DNA of 64,000 nt from Gnetum montanum (taxonomy: Eukaryota > Plantae > Gnetophyta): contig MNCI01001077.1 in assembly GCA_015680685.1 (NCBI GenBank), positions 501,627 to 565,626 on the forward strand, given 5' to 3'. Positions 1 through 14,129 of the stretch are shown here, in pieces (position 1 is the first letter of the stretch; each line of letters opens with the position of its first letter). Below the pieces are notes generated by a model that worked only from the letters and a program-made list of their open reading frames with translations, had not been told where the DNA came from and searched no databases. Both the position numbers and the translations under genes were made by a program.

Positions 1-1800
1 AAGTGATGTAGGCCAGGTCTTTGCTTGTCTTAGCCACATACTGTATACTCTTAGTTTGAGCAAAGGCTTAACTAAGAGTGCGGGGGGAGAGGTAGTACAG
101 TTTAGACTTAATAAATTTGTTCACTACACCCTTAAAGATGGCCAACAAGTGGGCTTCCACGATGGGCTCACAAATTTCATTAATGGTTACACTCTAGTGC
201 TGGATGAACTTCTGGATGAGTTCCAGAGGCTCCTACATCACGCTCATCAATAGGTCCAGTGTGGTTTTTGGCTTTAAGTTATACTTGAAGCGTGTCACGA
301 ACTGGGTCAGAAGCTCTTCTAGAGTTGAAATGGACAAGTGTGGCAGTGCATGATACCAATCTAAAACTTTTTTAGCTAGAGACATGGCGAAGACACAAAT
401 AATCATGTGTGGCCATTGTTGCAATAGGAGAGATTTAGACCTAAAGGTAACTAGGTGTGCATTGGGATCTCCCTCCCCATCGTACTTCATAAAGTGTGGG
501 AGAGACATACCTAGGAGTAATGTTAGAGTAGGGATTGTAGAGCTAATGGGGTCATCCTGGTAAAAGTCCATGACTTCTACCATGTCAGACCCAATAGCCT
601 TGAGGCATTTTATTTCCTCGACAAGGGTTTGGATGAGCTAGAACACTTGATCCAAACCTTGAAATGGTGTAGACATTTGAGAAGCTACTAAGGTAGCCCC
701 TACCTATGGAATGGAGAGGTAGCGACATGACCCATCGATGGTACCATTGGAATAGCCCCCGTGAGTGGTGTTGCTTGCACTATCCACCACCTAGCAGGTG
801 GTGCTATTGGAGAAGCAACCACAATTTGAGCCAGTAGATAGATCAATTGGGCTACCGACTGAATAGACCATAGCACCATGTTAGGTTGTATTATTTGTGG
901 GGTTTGGTAGGTCTGAGAGCTAACATGATGAGACATTTGTGATAGTTGTGGAGCAGGTGAAGAAGCAAATGGGGTCCACCACATGGACAGGCCCTAGCCT
1001 GCCACAGTGGGTGGAACAGATGTGAATGTATGAATTGACATGGAAGTTGCGTAAGATTGCAAAGCAGGTACAATATGAACATGCGGTAAGGTAGCCATGA
1101 TCGGTGTATGATGTGCTATAGGAATGGACTGATGAATAGTCTATAGATGCATAGTTGCTGCAAATGAGACAAGAGAATAAGGGCATTGACACATTGGGAA
1201 TGTGACATGGCTGCCCATTGCGATTGTAGTTGTAGGCTGCAGGAGTGTAGCCGCGATGACAAAGGGAGTGGTGACAGATAACAGGTTGGCCCAAAAGGAC
1301 TAGGTAGGAGGGACAAGAACAGGGTTGGTTTGACCTTCCTCATTATATTGGGAATTGAGTTCCTCATGTTCATCTTGAAAAGAATCATCTTTGTTGGATG
1401 CTTTGTCTTGTTGCATGCTAATCCTAGCCAGCTAGATTAGTTGGTCTAGCAGCCTTTGGTTTACTTGTGTCAAAGGTATGGAAATGCTGGGAGTGGGAAC
1501 AAACTCCTTCCCATCACAATAAGAGAACTCGAAGCTATGTTTTCTTTCAAGCTCGTGTATATCCAAAGGCAGGTTTCCCTGAACCTTTGCATAAAGGAAG
1601 TGGTAATGCTCATGTTGCTGGGCAAACCCTCAGGTTCTCAATTTTGGATCCTAAGGGATTAAAGTATTTCTAGTGTTGGATTCAATGGTTGTTCAGCACT
1701 AGTGATGCCTTGAACCATGATGAGAACCTCCAAGTTGAAGGTGTTAACAATAGGAGTTTTGGAAGTCATTTCTACTAAGCTAGATAGTTTTGCAAATGCA
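1..1800 (-). pseudogene. gag: Degenerate Tat-type gag (5' part of a minus-strand element, runs off the window start)
   Basis: ORF 233..583 (DFYQDDPI...KYDGEGDP...LDWYHALP...LEELLTQFVTRF) is a retrotransposon Gag capsid region homologous to 20663, 28728 and 48760. The N-terminal motif DGKEFVPTP lies at about 1500. Many stops. Confidence 0.85.
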
Positions 1801-1889
1801 AAAAGTGAGGAAATGAGAAAGTCGAGTAGTTTTGTGTAATGAGAGGTGCAAAAAAGTTGGCGAGCAACCAAAAAGAAAGATGATCAAAA

Positions 1890-3345
1890 AGGCTTTATAT
1901 CTTGCTGGGCACAACGTAGCAACAATACAAGAGCAGTAAGAAAAGTTTCAAATGCAAGTTCATCATGTTCAAAGGATCTCCTCACAAAAAGTAAAAGTTA
2001 CAGCTGTTAGCATTGTCAAAGCTTGAAACAAGTATTTGTAATTTCAGCATGGGTCACAGATAAAGCTAGTTGCTACACCATGCTACACTACATAGTGTAG
2101 CATAGCGTAGTAGAAATGCAAACTAAATAAAGTGCTTTAAAAGTTAACCCGATGTGTGCCGAAGCTTCCAATAGATGTAGTTGACTTCAATTCAAATTTC
2201 CTTTTCAAATTGGTGGCTATGCTCTGCTACACTACATAGCATAGCACAATGTAGCAAGCAGCTACGCTATGTCAAACTGCTACACTACATAGCGTAGCAC
2301 AACGTAGCAAGTAGCTACACTACGCTAAAGTGCTACACTACATAGCGTAGCAAAAAACTATGCTACGCCAGTGTGCTTCATCTCATGTTTGCATTGTTTG
2401 CACAATTGACGCTAGCAGTCCTAGTTTCAACAACATAATTATAGCGTATCAGGTTCACAATCGACTTTACATATCCATGCAATACAGGCACGTCAGCATC
2501 TCGTGGGTCTAGGACACATGGCATCTAAACTACATCTCTCACCTACTCCTGGTCCTATAAATACCTTGACGAGCAATGCTCAAAGGGTTGAAAAGTTTGA
2601 GCATTGTTGGCATTTTTTGGCAAGTTGGCAAATTTGGTTGGCAGGTTGGAAAAACTGAGAATTCTGTTGGCATGTTGGCAAATTTGGTTGGTAGGTTGGC
2701 AAAATTCTGGCTGGAAAAAATGATAATTCTATTGGGAAGTTGGAAAATTTGGTTGGTAGGTTGGCAAAATTTTGGTTGGAAAAATTGAGAATTCTATTGG
2801 CAAGTTGGAAAATTGGCAATTTGTTTGGCTGAAAAATTCTAGCAGTTGGCATCTTTTGCATTAGCACTTGGCATTAGCTTTTTTCTTGTTGGCATTTTGC
2901 ACTGTTAGCTTTGAAGCTTCTACTCAAAAAATGTAGTTGAAGTATTTCAAGTGTTCTAATCATTCCTAAACTCTCTATGCACCTCTGGCACTGTCTAAGT
3001 TGTTATACATTTTCAAGCAAAGAAAAGAATCAAACCCGTGACTTTGTAGTGGTGTATTTTCTTATCCCAGTTACTTTGTTATATCTTCATTATCATCATT
3101 ATTCAACATCATTTTCTTTATCATCGCATTTATTAATCATCAGTTAGATCTCACATATTTCTCACCTAAAACAACATTTATGAAAGGTTAAGTTACACTG
3201 GTTAAGTTCCTATCTGATTGACCATACTGTTTAGGGTGTCCCATTTACATTTTGTCCAGCACGACCCTTGCACAGATGCAAGGTTAAAACTGTTCATCCG
3301 ATGACCTCTCGGTGTTTCCAACCATTGATGTTTTCAGTCGCTACA
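1890..3345 (+). mobile_element. 5'-truncated LTR of Tat family A
   Basis: Colinear with LTR 17493-19276: shared (GCTAC)n/(GTAGC)n palindromes, cctataaatacc TATA, GTTGGC repeats, and the ...gctaca end at 3345. No PBS follows. Confidence 0.75.
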
Positions 3346-3399
3346 TCAATCATCCTATGATGGCATACTCCTAAAGTGCTTAGATAAAACCAAAGCTAG

Positions 3400-4453
3400 A
3401 ATAATCCTAGAGGAGGTTCATGAGGATGTTTGTGGAGGACATATAGGACCTGAACCCATGGATGCTAAGATTAGATTGTTAGGCTACTAATGATCCCATA
3501 TGAAGAATGACTACCTGCAAAAGGTTAAGTGATGTGACACATGCCAATGATATAGCAACCCGATACATGTATCACCAACTGAGTTACATACAACCCAGAT
3601 AACATGGTTGTTTCAATGATAGGGGTTGTATATCATTGGACCTATAATGCCTAAGTCTTCCACAAGATATAGCTTCATCATCATTACCACTAAATACTTC
3701 ACCAAGTGAGTTGAGGCTATTATCGTAAGGAATACCACATTTGAACAAGTTTGCAAATTTTTCCTAGATAATATTGTACCTTGTTTTGACATATCCATAA
3801 TGATAATTATAGATAATGAACCTTAATTTATTAGCTAAGAAACCGAGGATTTTTATCCCAACCTAGCCATTAAGAATTATTTCTCATCACCTTAATACCC
3901 CCAAGCCAATGGACAAGTAGAAGCAAACAATAAGGCCATCATCAAATTGCTTAAGAAGATGCTCAAAAACAACAAGTGCAAGTGACATGAGTGGCTTGTC
4001 CATGCACTATGGACATATAAATTAACCTATCATATGATAGCTAGCATGATTCTTTATAGCCTTATTTATGATTCTGAAGCTATTTTACATCTTGAAATTT
4101 AGGTGTCATCACTTCGAGTAGCCTTGACTAACTTCATCAATAATGAGCAAAATAAGGAATTATAGATGGCAATCTTGGATTCGATGGAGGAGCAACATAT
4201 GCAAGCACGTTTCCACATAAAGCACTATCAAGAGAATTCAAAGTAAAAACATCACTGTGACTTGACCATGCGCAAGATCAAGGAGGTGAACCTAGTCCTC
4301 AAGGCCATTTTTAAGCATGTGAACAAATTGTCAGCCAACTTAGGAGGGTCCTTCCTTATCACTAGAGCTTATAGAAATGGAGCATTTAGAATAGCCAACA
4401 TGGATGGAAATGAGCTAGTCAATCTAGTGAACCATTTATATCTAAATCCATAA
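3400..4453 (+). pseudogene. Degenerate Tat integrase
   Basis: HEDVCGGH..KIRLLGY zinc-binding region, IIGPIMPKSS..FIIITTKYFTK.VEA, YPQANGQVEANNK and GSFLITRAYRNGAF; colinear with integrase 39900-40963. Confidence 0.85.
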
Positions 4454-4573
4454 TACATGTAGCCAACAATCGTCAATAAGCAAGCCTACTTTCAACTATC
4501 CACTGCAATCTTAAATTACTAACACAACCTACTAGGGCCTTAAACTGGTACCATGACCTACCATGTCCTTANG

Positions 4574-6040
4574 TTTTGTGGCTTCCATTCTACGGGATTG
4601 GATTTTCCACGATGGGGATGAAGACTCCACACTAGGGGGAAACTTACATGCTATGGGGGGAAAGTTTCTAGGCTAGAGAACAGCTTTCCAGGCTAAGGAG
4701 GAGACTTGCTAGGTTGTAGGGAAAGTTTCCAAGTTATGAATTTGATCTTCATATTGAAGAGGAAAAGTTTTCAACATCCCCATCCTTCCACTAGGGGTAG
4801 GTAAGATCTACCCCCATACATGTGTTTCTAGTGTAGAAAAATATATGCCCCCCATAAAACCCACCAAATTACCTATTTTAGCATTGCAAAAGGCATTTTT
4901 GACTCCATTGCAAGTCAAAATATGGATACTAGATGACTTTTTTCACTTGGGGAATAAGGCCTTAACCAGTTATGAGGCATTTTTGAATCCCAAAAGTATC
5001 AGGTATGCGAAATTGCCCATTGTGGATTATAATTTTCAAATTTACAATGAAGTTTTGCCTTGGGTTCCATCAAGNAGTTACTATTTATAGTAAATATAAT
5101 GACCATGGGGGAATTACTTACTATGTATAGTAACATCCCAAATTTGAAAACCCATCTCATCTTAATTTATTAGCCCATTTGCAACAAATTTACATCAAAT
5201 TTGTAGCTATTTTTAGTTGTTTCATAGCCAATTTACCACCATTTTTACAGCCAAATCATAGGCAATTTGCAGCCCCATTCATGGCCCAAAGATCCTATAA
5301 AATCCAACCTCAAACATCATTTAATGGTTCCAACAATTTTCCACAAGGTGAAGCAATTTTTAGAAAAGTTTCATAAACTTTCTAAGCAAATCATTGTTCA
5401 TAAGTCCATACTTGGGGAATTTTCAAGCACTCAAGAGTTCTTGAAAGTTCACATACTTGTATTCTCTTGAACCCCAATGTGCAAGCATTGTAGCCTTCAT
5501 ATTTGTATATTTTTTGTATCAACATTATACTTCTAGGATTTTCAAACTAAGTGAGGACTAATTTGGTGTCTAGATTTTCCACTTTTCATGCCTCCTCTAG
5601 CAATGACACAACTTGCAAATCTGAGGCTATAGGATTGAAGGAAGGAAAATTTAATAGAATTAGGAGTGGCTTAGCACCTAAATCATGGAGTAGATTAGAT
5701 TGGCTTCAATGGACTTTAAACTCTTGCATAAGTGAAGCCCCCTTTCACTAATCGAGTCATCATTTGTATACATTTCTCTAACTTATTCTTTATTCTTTTC
5801 TCAATAAAGTTTTAAGTTTTAAGTTTTGTGTTCAAAGGTAAATTTATTTTGTATGAATTATTTAGATCTATTTGTATTTCCATGATGCACATCTCATAAG
5901 TCCCTGGTTGATCTACTAAACTAGCCAGGTCACCTTGAATCCCATTTCTTTCATGGAGGCCCTAGGGATTCGAGGTTGGGGAACTAATGCATTGAGAATC
6001 CTTATCTTTTTCCTAGAGATTGAGGTTTTTGGTTCCAACA
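4574..6040 (+). mobile_element. LTR of family E (probable 3' LTR of the integrase-bearing copy); first 500 bp inverted between single Ns
   Basis: 5076-6040 is colinear with about 61560-62523 (ctataaaa TATA, gagtggctt...atcatggagtag, end ...ttccaaca). 4574-5074 matches about 61000-61330 in reverse complement. Confidence 0.65.
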
Positions 6041-6458
6041 TGACTTCAATACACAATTTATTGTTTTATTTTAGCTAATTTATTTTGGAATTTATTCTTT
6101 AATATAGTGCATTATACCTTCTTATCTTGATCTTTCTAAACTATATTCTTACATCTGGATTTTACAAGCTTTCTAACCAATAATATATTATGTTCTTTCA
6201 TTATTTGAAACATGACTACACATCAATTCTAAAATTAATAATCTCATTTCTTTTATAAAATCTATTAGTTTCTGAGCTAACTACATCATCATTGTTTGTA
6301 AATTAATATAAGATGATTCATTTTTTACTTTATCTAATCTTATGAACATTTGATAAACGTATTCTCATATTCTTGCTATTATTTTCATATTATAGACCAT
6401 ACTATTGAGAAAAAGAGGACACAACACCATGAGCTAGCTTCTGTAGTATTTTTCCACC

Positions 6459-7043
6459 TGTCAGTTAAAAGTAGGATATAAACTAATAGAGTAGATGATG
6501 AAAGTGAAGTATCAAATAATAACATCAAATAATACAAGAACTCATGTGGTTCATCCTTCCTTGGGCAAACTCCAAAAAAAAAATTTCTTTCACTAATAAA
6601 TAGTATGAATACAAAAATGTCTCTCTAGTTAATTACTAGAGGTATACAAAACTTACACACATCCTTAAGAAAAAATATTCTTGGAATAACAAGAAGAAAT
6701 ATCAATATCTTTAGGAAAAATTTCTAGAAACCCAAGCTCATAAGGCTTATTTATGTGTCTTTCCATTTGGCCTCTTTTTCTCACTTTGGCCATTAGTTTC
6801 TCTTCTACCCCATCCTTCATTTGCCATTTCCCTTGAATTTATAGCCAAGAAAAATGTCATGTGCTACTTAACCTAGGAAACCTTTGTGGAGGGCTACTTG
6901 GTATCTAGTTTTCACTACCTAACTTAGGAGCCAACATGGGTAGCTAATTTTGGTTGTCTTAGTAAGTAGCCATCCCTCCCTATCTTTTAATTTATTTATA
7001 TTATTGTGATGTGGCCTTCATGATGAAGGGATCCACACACATC
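6459..7043 (-). mobile_element. 3' LTR of a Copia (Tnt1/Tork-like) element
   Basis: Minus-strand PPT ggaaggggaaat is followed by TGATGTG at 7043; the Tork-like motif atgtggttcatcc...tttcactaat is at about 6545-6600. The distal boundary is approximate. Confidence 0.55.
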
Positions 7044-7069
7044 AATTTCCCCTTCCTACTACATGAAGG

Positions 7070-7620
7070 GCTTAGCCATTTCAACAATTTCTCGACAAGT
7101 TTTAATCTTGTCCTTGGCTATGGTTTTGTCATCATATTCAAACCATTTCACATGTGTGAATCTTCTCCATTTCCAATTTCTTGGAATTTAATGCATATCA
7201 TATCCAATCATATCTCACATTAATATTCTTTGAGCTTGAATGAAAAGAAGAATTTTTACTAAGATGTATAGCACTTTAACTATCACAGTACAAGATATAC
7301 TTATCTTGCTTACACTCGATCTCCTATACGAATTTCTTCATCCACAATAATTCCTTCCTAGCTTCAATAGCTGTAATGAACTTTGCAATGACTACATTGC
7401 TAATTTCATGGCTTTGATCCACTCCTTGTATTTATCTATGAGAATCTCATCATAACTTTTAGGTTCTCCCCCTTTAATCAACAACACATACTCATTAGGA
7501 GGATACTATCTAGAAGGTTGATGACTTCTTGTTGATCCCCTTAATGGTACTTCAACTACATCTCAACATTGTTGTTGAGCATTATCTATGTGAGTTTGGG
7601 TAAATTCTTGTTCATTTCCA
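7070..7620 (-). pseudogene. Copia pol remnant: integrase-RT linker fused to RNase H, RT deleted
   Basis: Minus translation gives PLRGSTRSHQPSR..PPNEYVLLIKGGEPKSYDEIL..WIKAMK, then RNase H motifs (EFITAIEA..ELLWMKKF, LYCDS.SAIHLSKN, DVRYDWI, EKIHT..NGLNMMTK). Confidence 0.75.
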
Positions 7621-10109
7621 CCTTGATGAATCAAATGGCTCATCTTTATTTCCAACACAATGATGTTCTCAGGTACATCAATTCTTGAATAAAGATCCAG
7701 TCACACTTAGACCTCCTATTGAAGGCACTTGGAAAATATTCTAACTTTCAAATGGATAGACTACAAGAGTTTTGCTCCCATTTTACTATTAAAAATTACT
7801 CCCAATTGTGTGCATGGGCATAGTATTTATAGACCCAGGAGTAACCCTACAATATCGAATGTACGATATCACATCTTGGGCTATGATATCATGTAGCCAA
7901 TATCGCAGCCACTTCGATATTGGAGTCATGAAAAACATGATTTATTATACCCCCAAAACTGAATGAAAACTTGTTCTAAAGTATAGAAGAAGAGCAACAA
8001 GTCCTTTACAAAATATATTTAGGTTTGTGGACTTATTTTACTGACATGTAGAGTGACACAGAGAAAACAAACAAATACAAAAGTGCCCGAGCATACAATA
8101 TGACAATGATGTACAAAATTGGGTGTTCATGATAATAGGAAAGAAAACTAATGGATCCAAAGGAAATCTATCGCCTCTTGGTAATAGAATAATGATGGAG
8201 AGCTAGAAGAGATCCAATGATCATGAATAATATCTTGCGAGTGATATGGTTTCATCCTCCTTGGTGACGACAATCCTACTTCTAGTCTATGCTTTCCACT
8301 ACAATCACAATAAAACTAGGGATTAGTATATAAAGTGTAATACATAGTAGTTGAATACCTTGTCTTGTTACTGATTTTAGTTAGCTAATTTGTGATTATG
8401 GTAGATTGGTTGCTTAGTAATGTTAATGGGAAGACTGACAAATGGGTTAAGTAAGAGAAGTGATCTATAAAATTTAGAAAAATCTTAACACAAGGAACAC
8501 TAGAAAGACGGTATAAAAATTCACAACAATAAAAAGGAGGAATTCACTAAGAAAAATTGTGAATATGTACACAATTAGATGACATGGATGGGATAAATAA
8601 AAAAAATTTGATTGTGACAATGTCTAAGGATAAAGAACTTAACTTAACCAAACCAAAAGATATGCAAGTGGGTCCTTCCAAATGTAGGCATAGGCATTTT
8701 ATGCCCTTACATAAATTCAAAACTAGGAGCCCTTGGGCTCCATGGATGATTAATGTTTATAAAAATTTAAGTACAAAAATCCAAAACTAACATATTGAGA
8801 AACCCAACACATCAAACTAGAACATTAAATCAAAACAGGAAACTGACAGTGAGGTGAGGCATGAAAAGCATAGATGGATGACAGAGTGAATGGAATAGAG
8901 TTCCTAATTATGGTCACATATAGTCCCTGGTGGAGTTTGTGATTAATTGACCTGGTAGGATCCTTCTTTAGTCCAGACCAAAATCAACCACTTTTAGTGA
9001 CTTCACATCAACATTCTAAGGTAATTCCATCCCTTGAGACATAAGAATTCTCCCAAAAAATAACCACCATTCCAAATTGGAGTGAAGATAGGAAATGAGA
9101 AAGGGCTTTATTTTAAGGAGACAAGACAAGTCTCATAACTAGTACTTGTAGCCCTTTTATTTGGTCTAAGGGTTGTGCTTTGAATTCCCATGTGTGATCT
9201 TTTTACTTTTTTGGATGGGAACCACATCATGCAAAGACCCATGAATTTTTTGCATTTATTTTTTCCAAGGGGTGTGCTTTGAATGCTTATCTCTCTTTTT
9301 CTTTTCTTTTCTTTTCTTCTTTTGTTTTTTTTGTGTTGTAGGACCACACCATACAAGGACTTATTGGATTTCCTATTATGAAATGATGTGGAATAGTGAG
9401 AACCTTACAAAAACACTCCTACACATAGAAAAATAGAAAAGCACAAAGAATACCACATCCCTTTGAAGCCACACCCTATCCAAACTTTTGATTCCCTCCC
9501 AATTTTGGAAACTACATGAGTCACCAATTTATTAAAGTTGTATTCATGAAGAAGACACTGCACACTTTCAAAATAAGGAAAACCATAGAGTATGTGGATG
9601 GGAAGATGATGTGGACTCACTGCTTGTTACATAAAAAGAAACCATGTCCTAGTTATCAATAATGACATTCAAAGTTAGAAATAAGACATCAACAATCAAA
9701 TTACAAATAAAACATACCACCATTAAGTATCACATTACCATTGTACCTACCACCTTATTAGCAAAAAAAAATAGAGAAACACATCAAATATAAGCGACAT
9801 AACCATAAAAAAAAAGTAAAAATGTAGACAATACATATCAAATATATTAACATTGGTGTAAAAAAAACTATGAAAAGACAAATAACCTTAAAAATATAAA
9901 TATGTAAAATAAAGATGTAAAACAAAGTAGATGAAGAAAAAAAAGTTGTAAAACAAAAAATGTGTATAAAAAAAGGTCAAAGAACTAAGGAGCCATCTAA
10001 GGTGTTTGTATGGGTGCCCACCTCCCCCACGACTAAGTTGGAAGGGAGAGATTCGAAAGATTGAGCATGGTTGTTCATCTGACGAGGTGTTTGTTGTGTT
10101 GGTTGGTTT

Positions 10110-10930
10110 GGACTCATGGAAAGGTTTTATTTGTTGAATGTTGACTAGTTGTTTCTTATTTGGGATGTCAGGTTTGTAGATGACCATGGACCTAGATGGA
10201 AAATTCTCATCAATAATGTAAGGTCCTTCCCACAATGTTTGAAATTTGGTTTGTTGGGGTACATGTGTAGGATTCCAATAGAAAATCTTGTCTCTTAATT
10301 GAAACTTGACTTTTCTTATTTTGAGGTTATGGAATTTCTTGCTGAATGCTATATGGATCTCGTTGGATGACAAGGTGATTAACTAATTTTTTTGTAGCAT
10401 GTTAAGACTCATTAATTGTTCTTTCTATGCTAGACTTAGATCTAGGTCAAGATCACAGGTTGTAGAGAGTGTTCAGAGCTCAGATTGAATGGGCAATGTT
10501 GGTAGTTTTTCATACATAAGCTCATAGAAAAGATAACTTATGGGAAGCTTCCATGTGGAGTGATAGGCACAAAGGGAATCATTTCTTTTAGTGCTCTAGT
10601 CCCTTCGGTATTTGTTAATGGTATGTGTTAAAATTTTTGTAATCTCTCAATTAGTAACTTCAGCTTGACCATTGGCTTAGGGATGATATCGAGTTGTTAG
10701 TTTATGTTCAACCCCCATGTTCTACATTAGTTTCTAAAAAGGGGTACTTGTAAAATGAGTTCCATTATCAAAAATTAATACATAGGATACAGAAAACCTA
10801 TTTACAATATTTTGTTATACAAACCAAGTACTAGTGGTGGATGTATAGTCAGTGAAGACTGCTACTTCTACCCACTTGGTACAATAGTCAACTATGACTA
10901 TTATATATATATTTCCATTTGATAAATCTT
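10110..10930 (-). pseudogene. Athila-like integrase core
   Basis: IIVIVDYCTKWVEV..RFSVSYVLIFDNGTHF..TTRYHP.ANGQAEVTN, with a C-terminal WEGPYII (GPY/F) motif in ORF 9888..10373. Confidence 0.85.
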
Positions 10931-11329
10931 TTATCAACTTTTTCTTCTATTTAGTAGGAAGCTTGGGATTGATAATAACTAGCCTCCCATTTTTCAAAAA
11001 GACATACTTCATTCTAGCTGCTAGAACCTTCAATTCAAGGGACTCTTGCTTAAAATGGTCAAGAATTTCTAGCTCACCCCAATTGACATCATCATTTGCT
11101 CCTTCAGAGAGCTGGTGATGAACATGCTCAAGCTCATCCATACTTTCAACATATTCATACATTAGGCCCTCAGTTGGTTCCATGCATAATGTACTACTAC
11201 TAGAATTAGTTGTTATCCACTAGGTGCCTTCTTGTTTTGTCCCTACTAAATACAATCATCTCTAGATATCAGCTTCTGGCTCACACTACTTGCATGAAGA
11301 GAGAGATCTTTGCTTCATTGACCATAGCT

Positions 11330-13973
11330 TCTACACAAAATGACATCCTGAATTGCTATACACAATATATGGAACTCTCTTCTTCTTGATCTTTCCAAAT
11401 TCATTTTCTTTTAATATCTCCAAGGAAAGATCTCTAATGCCCATTTTGGCATCAATAATACTTAGCCACACCTTTCTCATAATGATTGGAAAATCCTCAT
11501 TGTAGTTCTCCACTTTGATTACTAGGAAATCAATAGGATATGTCCACCCACAAATGATGGTGACAATGTTTTCAACCAGTCCCAATGAAACAATGATGGA
11601 CTAGTCCCCCTATTCTAGCTAGATGTTACTCTTCTTTAAAGAAGGAAGGTTCCACATTGTGTATATCTCATGCGATATAAAATTAACATCGAAACCAGAG
11701 TCAAAAAGTGCTTTACAAGGTTCATTCCTAGCAATTTGTAAATAAACTAGGAGACTTTCAATATCCGCTAATTTTTTAGGAAGATTACCAGCTCGAATCC
11801 AATTAGATACAACATGTGTTATTATTATAGTATGGATTCAAGAGGGATTTTTATTTTAAGGGGACTCAGATAAAGAGGAAATAGAGGAAGTTGGAGGAGC
11901 AAGGTTACCAACCACTGATGTGTCTGAGGGCTTTAGTAGACTGCAAGATCAAAAGAAAGATCTCTTCTTTGTNTTGAGGGTAGTAGGTGGCATCCCTCCT
12001 TAGATAGGGTGATTGGTATGNGCCTCTTACCAATCTTACCAATACCCTCCTAAAACATACCAATCACCCTATCCAAGGAGGGATGCCANGTTGCTAAACA
12101 TAATAACCATAGGGATCTAGTTGTCGGTAAGGGTATTGTTATCTTCGAGGTTGCAATGCCCATGATTGTCGTTGGTACCACTGCTAGTACAATTCATAGG
12201 GCTGTGGAGGATTTCCACTTGGATAATATTGCTATGGTTGGTGGAATTGTTGAATATTTCCTTATGGATAAGATAACCTTTTGGTCATTTGCCTTTGTAC
12301 AAGTCGTGGATGCAAGGCATACATCCTAGATTCCTGCAAGCGTGATGCAACTAGACAACATCCCTTAGGATGTTCATACTGGAAAACATCACATCAACCA
12401 TGATTATCTAAATCACTATCTGCAACCATTACTACTATAGCCATTTTACCTTTACCCTTAGATATGGTGCATTCAACCTCCTTACATCTCTGACACTCTC
12501 GCTCACCACTTTGCTCGTTGGTCTCTTTAGCAATTTTTGAGATAGCTTGAGACTTATTATCCATAAAGTCCCATAGTTGATCAACCTTAGCTATGATTTT
12601 TTATTGCAATTTCTTTAATGGCAAGGTTTTTTAGATTCACCACATCTAGGTTTCATATCACAATCCATCTATGATATGGTGAAGCTAATCAAGTTAAAAG
12701 TATCCATGTCTGGGACACCTATGCAACAAGAGTAGTATAGGACACTAGCAACATCCAAGGGATTATGATTCCCTTGTTTCCACCCTTGAATTTTTTTCCT
12801 TAAATCGTATACTTAGGAGTACATTTGGTATTTTTCATTGAATAGTTCCAACATCGTACTCCACTGCCTAATTGATTTTGGTTCCAAGAATCAATACTAA
12901 GTTTTTCCTTCTTTTATAACTATCCTTGGAAATAATTTTAGGTTTTTTCAATCATTTTCAATATTTTGTAAGGCACATGCATCTTGGAAGGCCTGAAGAT
13001 GATTTTTTAGATTAGCATCATATCCTCCCTTGAATCGAGAGATGTTGTTCATATCCAACCTCTTTATTCTACTTTCCTTCACAAGCCTTGTTGGAATCCT
13101 CACAGCCTCTACAATATTTAGCATACCCCAAGTAGTAAGTAGAGGTTCATCAATGCCATGATGATGGTTCCTACAATGTTTTCTACTAGCCCTTCTTTCT
13201 TGATGATGTTCCTCCTTGGATTACCCATGTCTTCAGTCTCGACTTTTCCAATAGTCCCTTTTGTTGTTTTGGTCTCATCGGTCACCTCCATCATGGATAT
13301 TTCTTCTGCAGTCATGATTTGAACCATATGAAGAAGAAGATGTTGACAATGAAGGAGAAGAATAATGGAAACTTGCTCTACATTGATGCTTATCATCCTT
13401 CCTTTGATGCTTGTGATCACAATCAAGATCATGATCTCCTTTGTCTTCCTTTTCTTGATCCGCAAATCCATTTTTGTTATTAGATCCATTTTGACCAGAA
13501 CCTAGATTTTGTATTGTAGATTGTACATTCTAGTTAAGGGATCCTTGAACAAAGTCAAAGATATAAGTATAACTAAAGAAATGGTTTCCTTCATCAATTG
13601 GACCAAGTGGTGGTGGAAATATGTTTGACCTCTTGCCCTTCATAAGCTCGTGTTGGTGCTCCAGCTGATGATCCGTTAACCTTTGCACTTTAGTGGGATG
13701 ATAATCCCTTAAGTCGGGTTCTCACATCTCATATTCTCCATGAAGACGTTGAAGCCTGTGTTATGCTATCATTAGCTAGAGCATGGCTAGAATAGATTGG
13801 TTAGGTGGAAACACAATGTTTCCTTCCATATCACACCATGACATCAGTTCAACTTGATGCAAGATGAAGGTAAAGTCTGGTACATATTCATTAGGATGAG
13901 CATATACCACTTGATATTGTTGAGGTACTTGAACTACCTTTGGTGGAGATGGGCTCCTCTGAGAAGAAGACAT
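11330..13973 (-). pseudogene. gag: Athila-like gag and aspartic protease, degenerate
   Basis: Starts MSSSQRSPSPP; Gag core LKLFPRIVIKEGKT.Y.FLEPKSIRQWSTMLELFNEKY at about 12830-12950; protease ALFDSGFDVNFI at about 11700 and YPIDFLVIKV..FPIIMRKVWL. Confidence 0.75.
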
Positions 13974-14129
13974 TTTGTGTTAATAAATAGTGTGTAGTTG
14001 AGATTTAATTTAATGATAATAATTTTTGTTTCCATAGGATTTAACTCTTAGGCTTTGAACAATGAGGTTACTAAATTTCACTAGGTTAGATAGTGCATGA
14101 AGAACTATAGTTCTCAGCAATAGTGCCAA

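Noticed and set aside
2576-2900. ORFs with WQVGK/LVGRLAK repeats
   Set aside because: Translation of the GTTGGC simple-repeat tract in the LTR R/U5 region; not coding.
4574-5074. Inversion inside an LTR relative to the copy at about 61000-61330
   Set aside because: Bounded exactly by single Ns (4573, 5075), so probably a scaffolding orientation artefact.
11988-12088. Near-perfect 33-bp inverted repeat (hairpin/miRNA-like)
   Set aside because: Both arms end at single N characters (12021, 12089); most likely a mis-oriented overlapping contig fragment.
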